Shown here: positions 36,303-47,804 of the stretch, in pieces
How positions within the stretch are numbered: the stretch's first letter is position 1
Layout of the letters: each line of letters starts with the position of its first letter
Virus record (IMG/VR): IMGVR_UViG_3300028564_000002
Length of the DNA stretch: 64,000 nt
From: an uncultured virus (IMG/VR IMGVR_UViG_3300028564_000002)
Taxonomy: Duplodnaviria > Heunggongvirae > Uroviricota > Caudoviricetes
Strand: one strand, 5' to 3'
Position numbers and translations under genes: made by a program
The notes under the pieces: generated by a model
Seen by the model: only the letters and a program-made list of their open reading frames with translations
What the model was told of the DNA's origin: nothing
Database searches by the model: none

Positions 36303-39300
36303 ATGGGTGATACTATAAATAAAAACGAGTTCCTCTCATTGGCAATAAATGAACTTGCTAACAATCCATAGCTTAGAGAGCAGCTTTTCCGTAAGCTGCT
36401 CCTTGGATTGCACAATACTGGTTCACAAGACTATGAAATTATAACAAGCGCAGATGAAACTGATGCTTCAACCAGTGATGTTATTAAGCAAATCTTTAAC
36501 AGCATTGACTGGGCTATGCTTGCTGACCAAACTTATGGAGAAGATACATTCTTTAATCATTCATCTGACGGTTTATACAGCTCTCTTTATCATGCTCTTC
36601 AAGAGGCTTATGTTAACAACAATAATTATAAGCGTTTTGACATTGATGAAAAGAACTGGACAAACCACTATTGGAATGACTCTATGTCTCGTCTTATGTA
36701 GCTTTTATATTAGCACATTGACCCAGCAGGTCTTACAGTCTATGAAAACTCAGGCTTGCTCATTGAGTTAATTGATGATGATGGCAAGATTGATACAGAA
36801 CATCTTCGTGGCGGAATAGCACCGGACGGCGGCGAAACAAAACTTGCTGAACTTAGAGTTATTGATATTATAAATGCTGATGCAGGTAACTCATTTGAAC
36901 CAATGACAGAACTTTATTGGTATGGCTATTTCTATGAGTCAGCAATTATTACCTTTGATACACAAAGAGTTGAACTTACAAATGTTCTTTTCTTAGAAGA
37001 TGCAGAGAAAATAATAGCCGCCATAGAAAACGGAGATGAAATATCTCCAAACGATATAAACAAATTATTTACTCTTACTACAAACGGCGGCTATCGTTAT
37101 AGCGGTTTAGTAAGCGAGTATACACTTCCTTCAACAATGGTGTCAGCTACAATTACTGGCACAAAGAAAAAATTCAAAATTTGTAAGAAACCTTGGGTCA
37201 TCCCTTGGTATAATGTTGATGGAGACACTTACCGCAGAGTTCGTGGAGAGGATATGAAAGTCAGTGTTATGACTGACCCAAATAAGCTTGGCTTTACTTA
37301 GATAAAAGATTCTACCTATCGCAGTAAGTGGATAAGACTTCTTATGCCGCAATATAAGAGAAGAGTAGAAGTTGAAGATTTAAACAGAAACTTTTGGGTT
37401 ATCGGTCAAGTTCTTACAGGAATAAGTGCTTACTTATTTGACGAGAATGGACCTCTCATGAAGATGCTTAAAGGCTTGATAAAAGAAATAGGACAGCTTT
37501 GGGAAAACATGATTTTCCTTTGGACTGCTCTTGCTCTTCTTTCTCAGAAGAAATACTATGACAAAACACATTCAGAAGTTGTACTCATGTCATTAGATAA
37601 TTTAGTTCCTTATGTATGTTTTGATAATTTTGACAAAGCTAACGTAGCAGCAATTACCTCACAGATTATTACTAACCTTTCTTATATGGTTCAGGCTTAT
37701 CCAGAATATAACCTTGCTGTTCTACCTTGTGTGAGACTTAACAACTATGAACAGAACTATTACAGTGAAATGTGGTATCCTGGTATATTCATTTACAATA
37801 GGAATTTGGCAACACCACAATGGGGTTTCATCCCATTCTATTCATCAAGTCCAAATCCTTATTTTGCTTCAACAGGATTCTACTTTAAACTCATTGATTT
37901 CGCTGATTCAATATATGGTATTCATGAGGGTGAAGATACATATAATTATGTAATTCCACTTTCAAATACTGATGATATTTAGCCAGACGAGGAAATGCGT
38001 TATTATGGTATTGTAAGAGACTATATTAATTTCTCAGCAAATATCACGGATGTTATAAACACTATAATCGTTGATATTAAACTCTATGATATTGCAAGAA
38101 GAATTATAGCAAATCCAACAGAAGAGATTCCACTCTTCGCATATAGAGGATATTATAATCAAGACTCTATGGTAGTTGATGAATGTGCTTTAAATAATGC
38201 AATACTTCTTCCACTTGAACCCGGCTCTATGAAGATTAAGAAAGGCTTCTATCAAGGAGAGCTTCTTAGTACTTGTAAAGATGTAGATAGAATCTTCTAT
38301 GACATTTACATTCTTCCAACGGCAACATTAAAACCAACAGAGGATGCTTGTTAGGATATAGTTGACCATTATAGAGATGCCGATTATGCTCAAATGAGAG
38401 CAGAGGACAGTGAAGTTCTTGAATCCATTTTAACAAATTTCTATGACTATAATATGTTCGGAAGTCAAGTCTTTTGGACACAAGAAAAAGAAGACACTTT
38501 TGAAGATTCTTACTTCCATCATATTGAAAGTGGCGTAGAAATAAATGAGACAAGAGATGGAGCAACAAAGAACCTTGTTGATACATCATTAGTCTATGAC
38601 GATATTGATGATTGGAAGACGGCTAATAACAGCTACTATACTATGAGCGAGAGTAAAAACCTTAACACAACTATTCTCTTCATTGAGGGTACAAGAGACA
38701 CAGACTATGTAACTAAAAACAATGTAGATGCCCTAACAAAAAGCTACTTTCCTTATGGAGGCGAAGCAACAGATGGCTTCGTAATGCCTTACGTTGAAGG
38801 TACATCAGTTAATAAAGCATCAACAGGAGCAAAAATTTCACTTCCTCTTAAAACGGGAAGAGTTACATCTTTCTATGACAACCATACTTCAATCTTAAGT
38901 GGCGGTCCAGTACTTGCTACACTTATTAAATGGGTGCCAAAAACTGGAGGCTTGCGTTAGAACATATCAGACCCATCAATATTAATTCCAGCAGCCGATT
39001 TACCAACTACACTTGTTGATGATATAAGAAAAAGTGTTTCACATTAGGCTGGCGACGGTAATCAGTGGCTTGTGTCTATTCAAAATGGACAAAAAACTTT
39101 AACTAATGATAATTGGCTAATTACAAAAGTCGCTTATGCCACAAGTTACTGGATTAAACCTTATAATGAATCTGGTGGCGCAATTACTTCCTTTAACAAT
39201 ACTGAAAAATATTGTAGAACAGTTTCTTCCATAGGTGATGATAATTTTAATATGTAGATTGCTCGAACAGTAGCGAAAAACGCATATGATACGTTACCTT

Positions 39301-39947
39301 CCGCAGATAGAACTGTTGGCAACATAGCCACAGAAATTTCAACATTCTTTACAACAAATAATATAAAGAATGAAGAAGGACAAGACTATGACACAGATTG
39401 GTTCTATGACCAAGCTATTCTTCATGGAGAGTGGGATGATTGGTATATTCACCAGTGTAAGATTTATAATGACCCTACTAAGTCAGGTGAATGGATAACT
39501 CGTTTAAATACTCTATTCGATAGATTGTCTAAAGTTCCAACTTCATATAATAGCTATGGACTTAGTGACCCTGATGGCAATACATTCCAAGGTAGAGTAT
39601 TTATATTTACTGAACTTATTATGGATGTAGCAGTATATGTCTTTGGACCAAATGGACTTTACTCACGTAGAGTTTATGGTAGAGATGCTGATGCTCATTA
39701 CACATCTCAGTACATGAGAGATGAAGAAACGGCAAATGGAAACGTTGATACTTTACGTCAAGACTATGTTGTAATTTCAAACAATCGCAACAATGTCAAC
39801 TATGAAAAATATAAATCAAAGAATCGTTTACTTATAGCGGATGGCGGCGGATATTACACCCCATCCGATGATGATGATTACTTTAACAGTTATGCCATTG
39901 TATGGCAAGATATTGGAACAACCCAACCTTGGGATATTCCTACTTAA
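36303..39947 (+). CDS. Putative structural protein, paralogue 2 (~1214 aa)
   Basis: Track ORFs in one frame joined by TAG; IRLLMPQYKRRVEVEDLNRNFWVIGQ. Confidence 0.7.
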
Positions 39948-39959
39948 TGAGGTGAGAAA

Positions 39960-42900
39960 ATGAATACAAATGACTGGATTGAATTTTTAAAAACTACTAC
40001 TAATATTCAAGTCCTTATAAAAGACATTGGTCTTACCCCACAAGCTCAAAAAACATTTTGGAAAAACTTGCTTGCTCTTCTTAAAGAGCAGGCAAGCCCA
40101 ATTTCATTATTAGAAAAAGACAAGGGCTTATTTAAATTCATTACTGACAATGCTGATTTGAGCGACACTCATTTGCCGCCAAACGATGAATTAATCAGCT
40201 ATCTGTATGAAAATATTAAAGTTCTTTGTGGCACAAAAGATAGTTTCTGGAATGAATCTGTTCAAAAGCTTGTTGAGTTTTTCTCTGAGAAGTTTGATTT
40301 TAATAATATTTCAACCATTCTCCCAATCGCAGGAGATAAAGATATTACAATTCAAACCTTAAAAGATGCAAACGCAGGAGCAAATTTCCCTGAGTATGAT
40401 GAAATTAACTATCCTGGTCAGTATGTTATCCCTTGGTGGAATGCGGCAGGAGAAAGTTATGAAGAAGAAAGGGGACATGACCAGTTAACTGAAACAATTG
40501 AAAGAGACAATAAACTTCAATTCACACGCGAAGTTGATAAAGATAATCCAATATGTCAATGGCTAAGACTTCTCATGCCGCAGTATGGTAGACGTGTGGA
40601 GATAGAAGACCTTGATAGAAACTTTTGGGTTATCAGTCAAACCATAGCCGCAATAAGCAATTATCTCTTTGGTGATGATTGTCCTATCCCAGCCACACTT
40701 GAAGGTTTAACAAGAGAGGTCAGTGAGATATGGGAAAACATTCTTTATTTATGGCTTGGTATAGCAATGAGGTCTTAGGAACAAAATAAAGACATTAAGA
40801 CTATTGTTCTTCCATTACCACCAAGAAAAAATGACCACAGTAGACGCTTTGATATGATTGATGAATCTGAATATTATACTTATGAGGATACTGATGATGG
40901 ATTGAAGATTACTATTAATAATGAAATTAATTTTCTTACTGACATCAAAAATAGAATCAGTTATTTAGCAGAACTTTATGACACAAATCTTTGTGTAATA
41001 CCTTTCATTAGACTTGATAATTATAAGCACAATCATTATGCTGCTGAATGGTATCCTTATATTTTCACATATTTTAGAAATAATAAAGGTTGGGATGCTT
41101 TACGTTTAAAGGAACAGGCAGATGATAAGACTTATGAATTTGTTATTTCTCCAAAATATGAAATTAATAACAGATTTAGTCCAAACATTTATGCTTCAAA
41201 GCAAGACTCAAATGGCAGACTTCTTTATAAATATCCATTCTCAGAACTCAGTATGACAAATAGTGATGGACGTTTAATGCTTTATGCCGCATTGAGAACC
41301 ATTCCTGAGGTATCAGTAGAACTCACACTGACACAGATAAAAGTTAATTCATTAAAGATAAGAGTATATGATGCTTCAAACGATGTGGTTAATGGCGTTT
41401 CTCGTGAGATTGGCGTATATAATTATATTAATGAAGGCTTGGAATCTTTCGTTCACTACACTCCAACAAATAGTGCTCCGCCACAAGAGGATGACTTTCT
41501 TCACTATAAGCGTTTTGAAACCAATAAGCCCGGCTACTATCTTGGTGAAATTCCAAGTTGGAAAGGTAAGACAGCAAGAATTGTTGAAGATGAAGACATA
41601 TTTACCAGAGAGGCTTATGTAATTAAAATTGGTAGCTATATGCCTAATTCAAGCAATCCTGCCGACAGCGCATAGCTTATAGCAAATGCTGAAACTGCTT
41701 GTATGTCAGACCACAACCATACTCTTATGAGAGGAAATATAACCACAACACTTCCTTTTGTTGCACCAAATCTTCCTAACAATGGTCAAACCAATTGTTT
41801 TTGGGAAAATCCATGGGAAAGTTATGTTCCTGAAAGAGATAAGGTTGGAGAAGGAAATGCAGGTTTAGAACGTAAGTCTTGCTTTGATGATGATATATTC
41901 CCAGTAAGTACAAGATATATTAATGAAAAGTATTTAAAAACAAAAGGACTTATTGCTGTAAAGAATTATTTACAGAAAACAAATCATCTTGATTCACCAT
42001 GTTATGTAATGACTGCAATTGGTTTAACTCCATGGTAGAACGAAAATAATCTTATTTATTGGGACATTGGTGGCTTGTGCCATTTGTATCACTACATTCC
42101 AAGTGCTAACACTCTTGAAAAGAAACCTACTGATAATTCATATAAAACTGCTTATGATGATATTGGCATACTTGATACATCAGAATACTATCCAGAAGAC
42201 TATTATCCAGAAGATAGTGGATATGTATCATAGCTTCCACCACCTTCTCCATTAATTTATATTGAAGATGATTATGACGCTCTTTGTTATTATCAAAACG
42301 AAATTGCCGCTTGTCAAGAATATGTTAAAGATGGCGTAATTACTGGCTGGGAATCTCCTGCTGTATACGGTAATATTGACATGGATAATAGATAGATTCT
42401 TGAGGAGCCAGGTCAAGACCCAGAGACAGTTCTTGGTGCTTGGTCAACATTTGTTTATGAAGGCATCACAAGAATTATTATATGTTTCAGTATGTTGCAA
42501 CAAACTCAACCACCTGCAACTGAACCAATTAAACTTACTGACCAACAATGTAATGACTATCTTGTTTCAATTACCGACAGAGTAATGGCAGAAATGGCAC
42601 TTAGTCATGAACCTACTTACGACCAGTACGATGAAATAAAGAGACGTATTTTTGAATACGACGCACAAGATAAGAAACTCATAGCAGGCGTAGAGTTTAC
42701 ATAGGAAGCTCAATGGGATGCGGGCACAAAAACAGCTAAGCTTAGTGAAGCTCTTCACTATGTAGGTAAGTTTGGTTCAATCCAAATGACCGCCGAAGAA
42801 CTTCAAGAGCTTTGTGATAAATATGAAATTGAGTTTGATGATTTTGTAGCAATTGATAATCCACAAGATTTCGCCGCAATATCTTACGGCGGCAAGATAG

Positions 42901-43436
42901 TGTCATGTAATACAATACTTCGTCTTGATACTTTCTTTGAAGTCTATGGAATGTCTACAAGAGAAGTATATTACAGACTTAATGAAGGCTTTGGTTGGAG
43001 ACAGTTCCAGCTTGTATCTAACACCGATGAAAAGTGTGATTGTATTATAGTAAATGAAGGAGACCCAGAAGACGATGGTAAGATTTACTATGATGTTCAA
43101 TTTGCTACCGAGTTTAATGGTACGGTTAATTACTATGATAACAGAAAAGCAGAAGCATGGGGTAAAGAAACATTTGACCCTGACGTTTAGGTTGGAACTG
43201 CAAAGGTAAAAATAGATAACACAGGTTATAGTCAATCAGTAGAAGATGTTGGTTATATTGCGACAGCAAGAGAAGGTGATATCACTCTTAGAGAAAATCT
43301 TGCAGTAAGTGATATCAATACAGGTTTCGCAAAATCACCAGTTGATTTCTTCAATCCTTCTGTAAATATGGAAGGAAAGACTTTTAACATCTTCAATGGC
43401 GCAAGACCTGTTTCAAGACAATACTGGAAATTCTAA
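39960..43436 (+). CDS. Putative structural protein, paralogue 3 (~1158 aa)
   Basis: TAG-joined frame; LRLLMPQYGRRVEIEDLDRNFWVISQ. Confidence 0.7.
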
Positions 43437-43449
43437 GGAGGAATGATTT

Positions 43450-43983
43450 ATGGGAACAAGACTTAGTGAACACTTTGACTTATCCGAATTTGTCTGCCCA
43501 TGTTGCAGACAAGCAAATCCTGATGGCAGATTAGTTGAAAGACTTGAAAAGCTTCGTGACCTTATGGGAGCAAAAGCAATAATCATTACATCAGGATACA
43601 GATGCCCAGACCATAGCGCGGCAGTAGGCGGATACAGAAATGACGCTCATACTTGCAATATCGCAGCCGATATTAAGGTTAAGAAACCAGACGGCAGTTG
43701 GTATTCAAGTTTAGACATTGCTGAGGCGGCAGAAAGAGTAGGCTTCTCAGGTATCGGCACAATTGATGACACAGCTTGTCATGTTGATATCAGAGACAAA
43801 TACAACTACGTAAATAGCCACTGGTTTGGTAGTGAGCAGAATGGCAATGATTCTATTTCAACATTCCAGAGAGGCACAGTGTTTCCTTCAAGAACACCAG
43901 TTCAAGTGGAAATTCCTGTCGTTGAAAAGAAAACTATTCAACTTGTTATCAATGGCGAAGTTGTTTGGGAAAATGAAATATAA
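43450..43983 (+). CDS. Peptidase M15A-family peptidoglycan hydrolase
   Basis: HFDLSEF, ITSGYRC, H...AADI and HVDIR. Confidence 0.85.
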   Translation: MGTRLSEHFDLSEFVCPCCRQANPDGRLVERLEKLRDLMGAKAIIITSGYRCPDHSAAVGGYRNDAHTCNIAADIKVKKPDGSWYSSLDIAEAAERVGFSGIGTIDDTACHVDIRDKYNYVNSHWFGSEQNGNDSISTFQRGTVFPSRTPVQVEIPVVEKKTIQLVINGEVVWENEI

Positions 43984-43987
43984 AGGG

Positions 43988-44010
43988 AAGGGGTGATTAT
44001 TCACCCCTTT
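43988..44010 (+). terminator. Intrinsic terminator hairpin
   Basis: AAGGGGTGA-TTAT-TCACCCCTT, directly followed by a new promoter (44018-44046). Confidence 0.6.
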
Positions 44011-44078
44011 CGATTTCTTGACTTTTTTAAAAATTTATGATATACTATATATAGTTCAAACGAAAAGGAGGAACTATA

Positions 44079-45176
44079 ATGGAATTTAACATTAGACAAA
44101 AGAGAATAATAAATGCTACCGATAAGAATATTTTATGTCTTGCGTGTGCCGCCGCAGGTAAAACAAGAACACTTGTAGGTAGAATAGAAAGGCTTTTAAA
44201 TGATGGGGAAGACCCTAAGAAAATAGTAGCCTTTACATTTACTAATCAGGCGGCAGAAGAAATGAGAAAACGTTTGGGCGATAAAGCCGATGGTATGTTC
44301 ATTGGAACTATTCACTCTTATGCCAATAAGATATGTGGACTTGCAGGTATATCAACATCTGATGATATTGCGGCAGAACGTTTCGATAGAATTATTGAAA
44401 AGGCTGTAAAGGTAAGTTGGGGACTTTATCCAAAAGTTGACCACTTGTTTGTAGACGAGTTCCAAGATACTGACCCTATTCAGTATACTTTTATCTGTCG
44501 TATTCCTGCTGAAAATCGTTTCTATGTTGGTGATGAACGTCAGTTTATCTATTCATTCAGAGGAGCTACGGACAGATTCATAAGAGAATTGGCAACCGAT
44601 GATAATTTTAAAAAGTATGAACTTGTAGAAAATTATCGTAATCCTTCAAACATTTTAAGATTTGCTGACAGCTTCCTTAATTCAATGCCAAAGATTTCTC
44701 CTTCGGCAATGGCAGTACAGACAAAAGCTGGCTTCCTTGATGAAGAATGCACATTTAAGGACGCGGCAGAAGAAATGACTTGGACAAAGGACTGGACAGG
44801 TTGGACAGTTTTGTGTAGAGCAAATTCAGAAATTGAGGCAGCACAGGAACATTTAAATAAGATTGAAGTTCCAAGCATTATTGTAAAACGTGGAGACCTT
44901 GACCTTGAAGAAATGGGAGACTTGCTTGGACGTAATCAAGTTAAGATAATGACAATTCACTCTGCAAAGGGTCTTGAATTTGATAATGTCGTTGTTACTG
45001 GCGGCAAGCTTTTCAATGAAGAGGAAAGAAGAATTTGCTATGTTGCGGCAACTCGTGCAATGAAGTCACTATATTGGTGTCCTTCTATTAGAACTTACAG
45101 AGGTAAGTCAAAGAGTTCAGCAACAAAGGCAGGTAACATATTCTCAAAGACAAATAGAAAATCAATTCAATTTTAA
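44079..45176 (+). CDS. Compact UvrD/PcrA-like SF1 helicase
   Basis: AAAGKT, FTFTNQAA, VDEFQD, VGDERQFIYSFRG, ENYR, TIHSAKGLEF and YVAATRA. Confidence 0.9.
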   Translation: MEFNIRQKRIINATDKNILCLACAAAGKTRTLVGRIERLLNDGEDPKKIVAFTFTNQAAEEMRKRLGDKADGMFIGTIHSYANKICGLAGISTSDDIAAERFDRIIEKAVKVSWGLYPKVDHLFVDEFQDTDPIQYTFICRIPAENRFYVGDERQFIYSFRGATDRFIRELATDDNFKKYELVENYRNPSNILRFADSFLNSMPKISPSAMAVQTKAGFLDEECTFKDAAEEMTWTKDWTGWTVLCRANSEIEAAQEHLNKIEVPSIIVKRGDLDLEEMGDLLGRNQVKIMTIHSAKGLEFDNVVVTGGKLFNEEERRICYVAATRAMKSLYWCPSIRTYRGKSKSSATKAGNIFSKTNRKSIQF

Positions 45177-45187
45177 GGAGTGTTTCT

Positions 45188-45481
45188 ATGGAACTTGTTA
45201 ATATTTATGAAGACGATAATACTCAGGTCGTTATGGCGAAGCCGCTTGTTGATACTTTCAACAAGCTGTTAAACCTTCACTACACTCTTGGTCAAATTGA
45301 CTATGAAGACTTCATCCATGATTCTCTTGACTATTTAAAATGGTATTTTGATTTAAAAGGAAAGAGAGTGATTACATCTTCAAAGGTTGCCATTGTGACC
45401 AGAGATAAACCAATTGAAACTCCATCTTCATATGAATCAATCATCGATGCTATCTTAATACTGGTGAATGCTTTGATATGA
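45188..45481 (+). CDS. Hypothetical protein
   Basis: ORF with RBS in an operon. Confidence 0.5.
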   Translation: MELVNIYEDDNTQVVMAKPLVDTFNKLLNLHYTLGQIDYEDFIHDSLDYLKWYFDLKGKRVITSSKVAIVTRDKPIETPSSYESIIDAILILVNALI

Positions 45482-45693
45482 CAGAGGGCGACCTTACAAA
45501 AGGTTGGAAGATGGATATGGAAGTTTTAATAAAGCTGTATTACCGTCTCCAATATCAACAAGAGTGTATTTTACATATTTACGATGAGACAGTCAACAAT
45601 GTTTCAGGATTTATTGCCCTTGATGGCGAAGATAGCATATTGCTATTTCCATTTTTCCTTAATAAAAAGGGAAATTCTTGGAGCATTGATTAA
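45478..45693 (+). CDS. Hypothetical protein
   Basis: ATGA overlap with the upstream gene. Confidence 0.45.
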   Translation: MTEGDLTKGWKMDMEVLIKLYYRLQYQQECILHIYDETVNNVSGFIALDGEDSILLFPFFLNKKGNSWSID

Positions 45694-45785
45694 GACTTTC
45701 TACATATATAGAGTGTTCTTCTGAACACCAAATTTACAGTAATCTTTTTAAAATGTCAATTGACTATTAAAAGGAGGAAATAAAA

Positions 45786-46593
45786 ATGAAGAAAATTACA
45801 AAGATTGCTTGCGGTATTGCTATCGCTATGACTATGATTGCTATGACAACTGGTTGTAAGAAGGTTGAGGAGGGTGTATCTATTTCTGATACAGCAACAA
45901 CTGTTACAACAACAGATGTAACAACAACTACAGTTGAGACTACAACTGAGACTACAACTGAAACTACAACTGAGACTACTACTTCTGACGAGACAACAAC
46001 AGAAGAGATTACTACTACAACAGTAGAGGAAACAGAAGTCGCAGAGACAACTGCGCAGGAGCGCGCCTAACTCGGATAACGAGTATGAAGCACAACCAGA
46101 TCCAACACCAGAAATAGTGGTGACGTAGCCTGTGAGGACAACTATAGCTACGACTACAACAACAATAGAAACTACTGAGCAAACAACAACCACTACTCAG
46201 ATTGAAAAGACTTCAAGTTATTCAATGGAAAAGATTTTAATTAATAGTGGAATGAGAGGAACATATTATACGGCTGGCGGCTGTGGACATTCAGTTCCTT
46301 GTAAGGGCGGCTCAGGCAGAACATTAATTGATTGTGGTTACGGCAATGCAGAGGTTAAAGGCTCTGTTGCTTGTAGATATGTTTGGTCTAATTACGGCTA
46401 TAATTACAATGGAAAACGCACAATGGTTTATCTTGAAGTTAATGGACGTCCAGATATGAACGGATATTATTACGTTGATGACTGTTGCGGAAGTTATTCA
46501 GTAGTCGATTTTTATTACGATTACAGTTCTAATTGCCCATTCCAGTATTAGGGCGTTTTAACAGTGGACAATATGTATATTATAAACTACTGA
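45786..46593 (+). pseudogene. Thr-rich lipoprotein with a 3D/DPBB-like C-terminal domain, frameshifted near 46065
   Basis: Lipobox MTTGC. The Thr-rich linker continues in the +1 frame into TYY...GSVA...YYVDDCCG...VDFY. Confidence 0.55.
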
Positions 46594-46714
46594 TTTCAAG
46601 ATAAAAGATTACTGTAAACAAAGGGAGGCTGACGCCTCCTTTTTTATTATCTAAAACTTGACTTTTTAAATAAATTTTGATATAATAATTATAGTAAATT
46701 AAAGGAGGGATAAT

Positions 46715-46978
46715 ATGAAGACAATTATGCAAGGCAATGCGGAAAGAGCAAAAGAATATAAGTACTTTGAATGTAGCAAATGCGGCTGGATAGGCAAGGC
46801 AGAAAAGGGTGAATACGAATATCATTCTGACCAGTATCAAGGCGATTGGTGTAGAATAAAATGCCCTACCTGTTATAATGTCGTATACTCAATTGAGAAA
46901 GTTGACAGGATAGCAGAAATAAAAGCTCTTGAAAATTCGCAAAAAGAAAAATACCACTGGCGGGAGGCAAAGGCATGA
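46715..46978 (+). CDS. Zn-ribbon hypothetical protein
   Basis: CSKC...CPTC; has its own promoter. Confidence 0.6.
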   Translation: MKTIMQGNAERAKEYKYFECSKCGWIGKAEKGEYEYHSDQYQGDWCRIKCPTCYNVVYSIEKVDRIAEIKALENSQKEKYHWREAKA

Positions 46979-47556
46979 AAACATATATCATAGCCGACTT
47001 AAAACTATTCAATGATGAATAGAGATTACGCATGGGATATGGCTCTTTTACCGCCATGAACAATCATATTATTCGCACATGGAATAGTGTAGTCAAACCA
47101 GAAGACAGAGTTATTGTCATGGGGGACAGCGGCGAAGGAACATTTGAAGAAATGAAGGAAGTAATCTCCCGTCTTAATGGAGAACTTACCGCAACCTCAA
47201 AACATCTCAATGAAAAATTCACTAAAGACCAATGGAAAGAAATCGGCTTCTCTCATTTTTGGGAAGTGTCTATGTTCAAAGATTTTGAAGATGGCAGAAG
47301 TGTTATCTATTTAATCAAGGAAATGCTTGAACCCAGAGTATATGAAGACGAATATGCTCTCATTGTTGTCGATAGTGAAAATCCTATTGAGGGTATGATG
47401 AAAGGTAAGTTGTTTTCTGTTGACGCTTTTAAATGGGGTTATTACCCTCTTGATACAGAAGACTTACTTAACACCTATGAAAGAATGAAAGAGTGGGAGA
47501 CTATGGAAGATGGCACTGAAACCCGCTCGGATATAAAGGAAGAAGGAGAAGTATAA
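46975..47556 (+). CDS. Degenerate calcineurin-like phosphoesterase
   Basis: YIIADL and MNNHIIRTWNSVVKPEDRVIVMGD; TAG 47020 is read through; metal-binding His residues appear missing. Confidence 0.6.
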
Positions 47557-47804
47557 TGAATAAACTGGAAAGAGCAAAAGAAATTATTAAATCTCTTTAT
47601 AGTATTTATGATTGCGGCATTTATAATACTCGTAATATCGTAGGAGACCGTATGTCAACTATTTATGACGAAGATGGTCTGACTATTGAAGGATGTTATG
47701 AATGGTCTTATTTTGAAGTATTCGGTTTAACTGAAGTTGAGTTTATGAAACTTAAAAGTTTTTATAACTCTCTTGAATCAGAGGAGGAGGACGAAGACGA
47801 ATGA
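47556..47804 (+). CDS. Hypothetical protein
   Basis: Translationally coupled ORF. Confidence 0.5.
   Translation: MNKLERAKEIIKSLYSIYDCGIYNTRNIVGDRMSTIYDEDGLTIEGCYEWSYFEVFGLTEVEFMKLKSFYNSLESEEEDEDE

Noticed and set aside
28079..43436. Mass pseudogenisation of the structural genes
   Set aside because: The breaks are TAG only and fragments stay in one frame, so recoding explains them.
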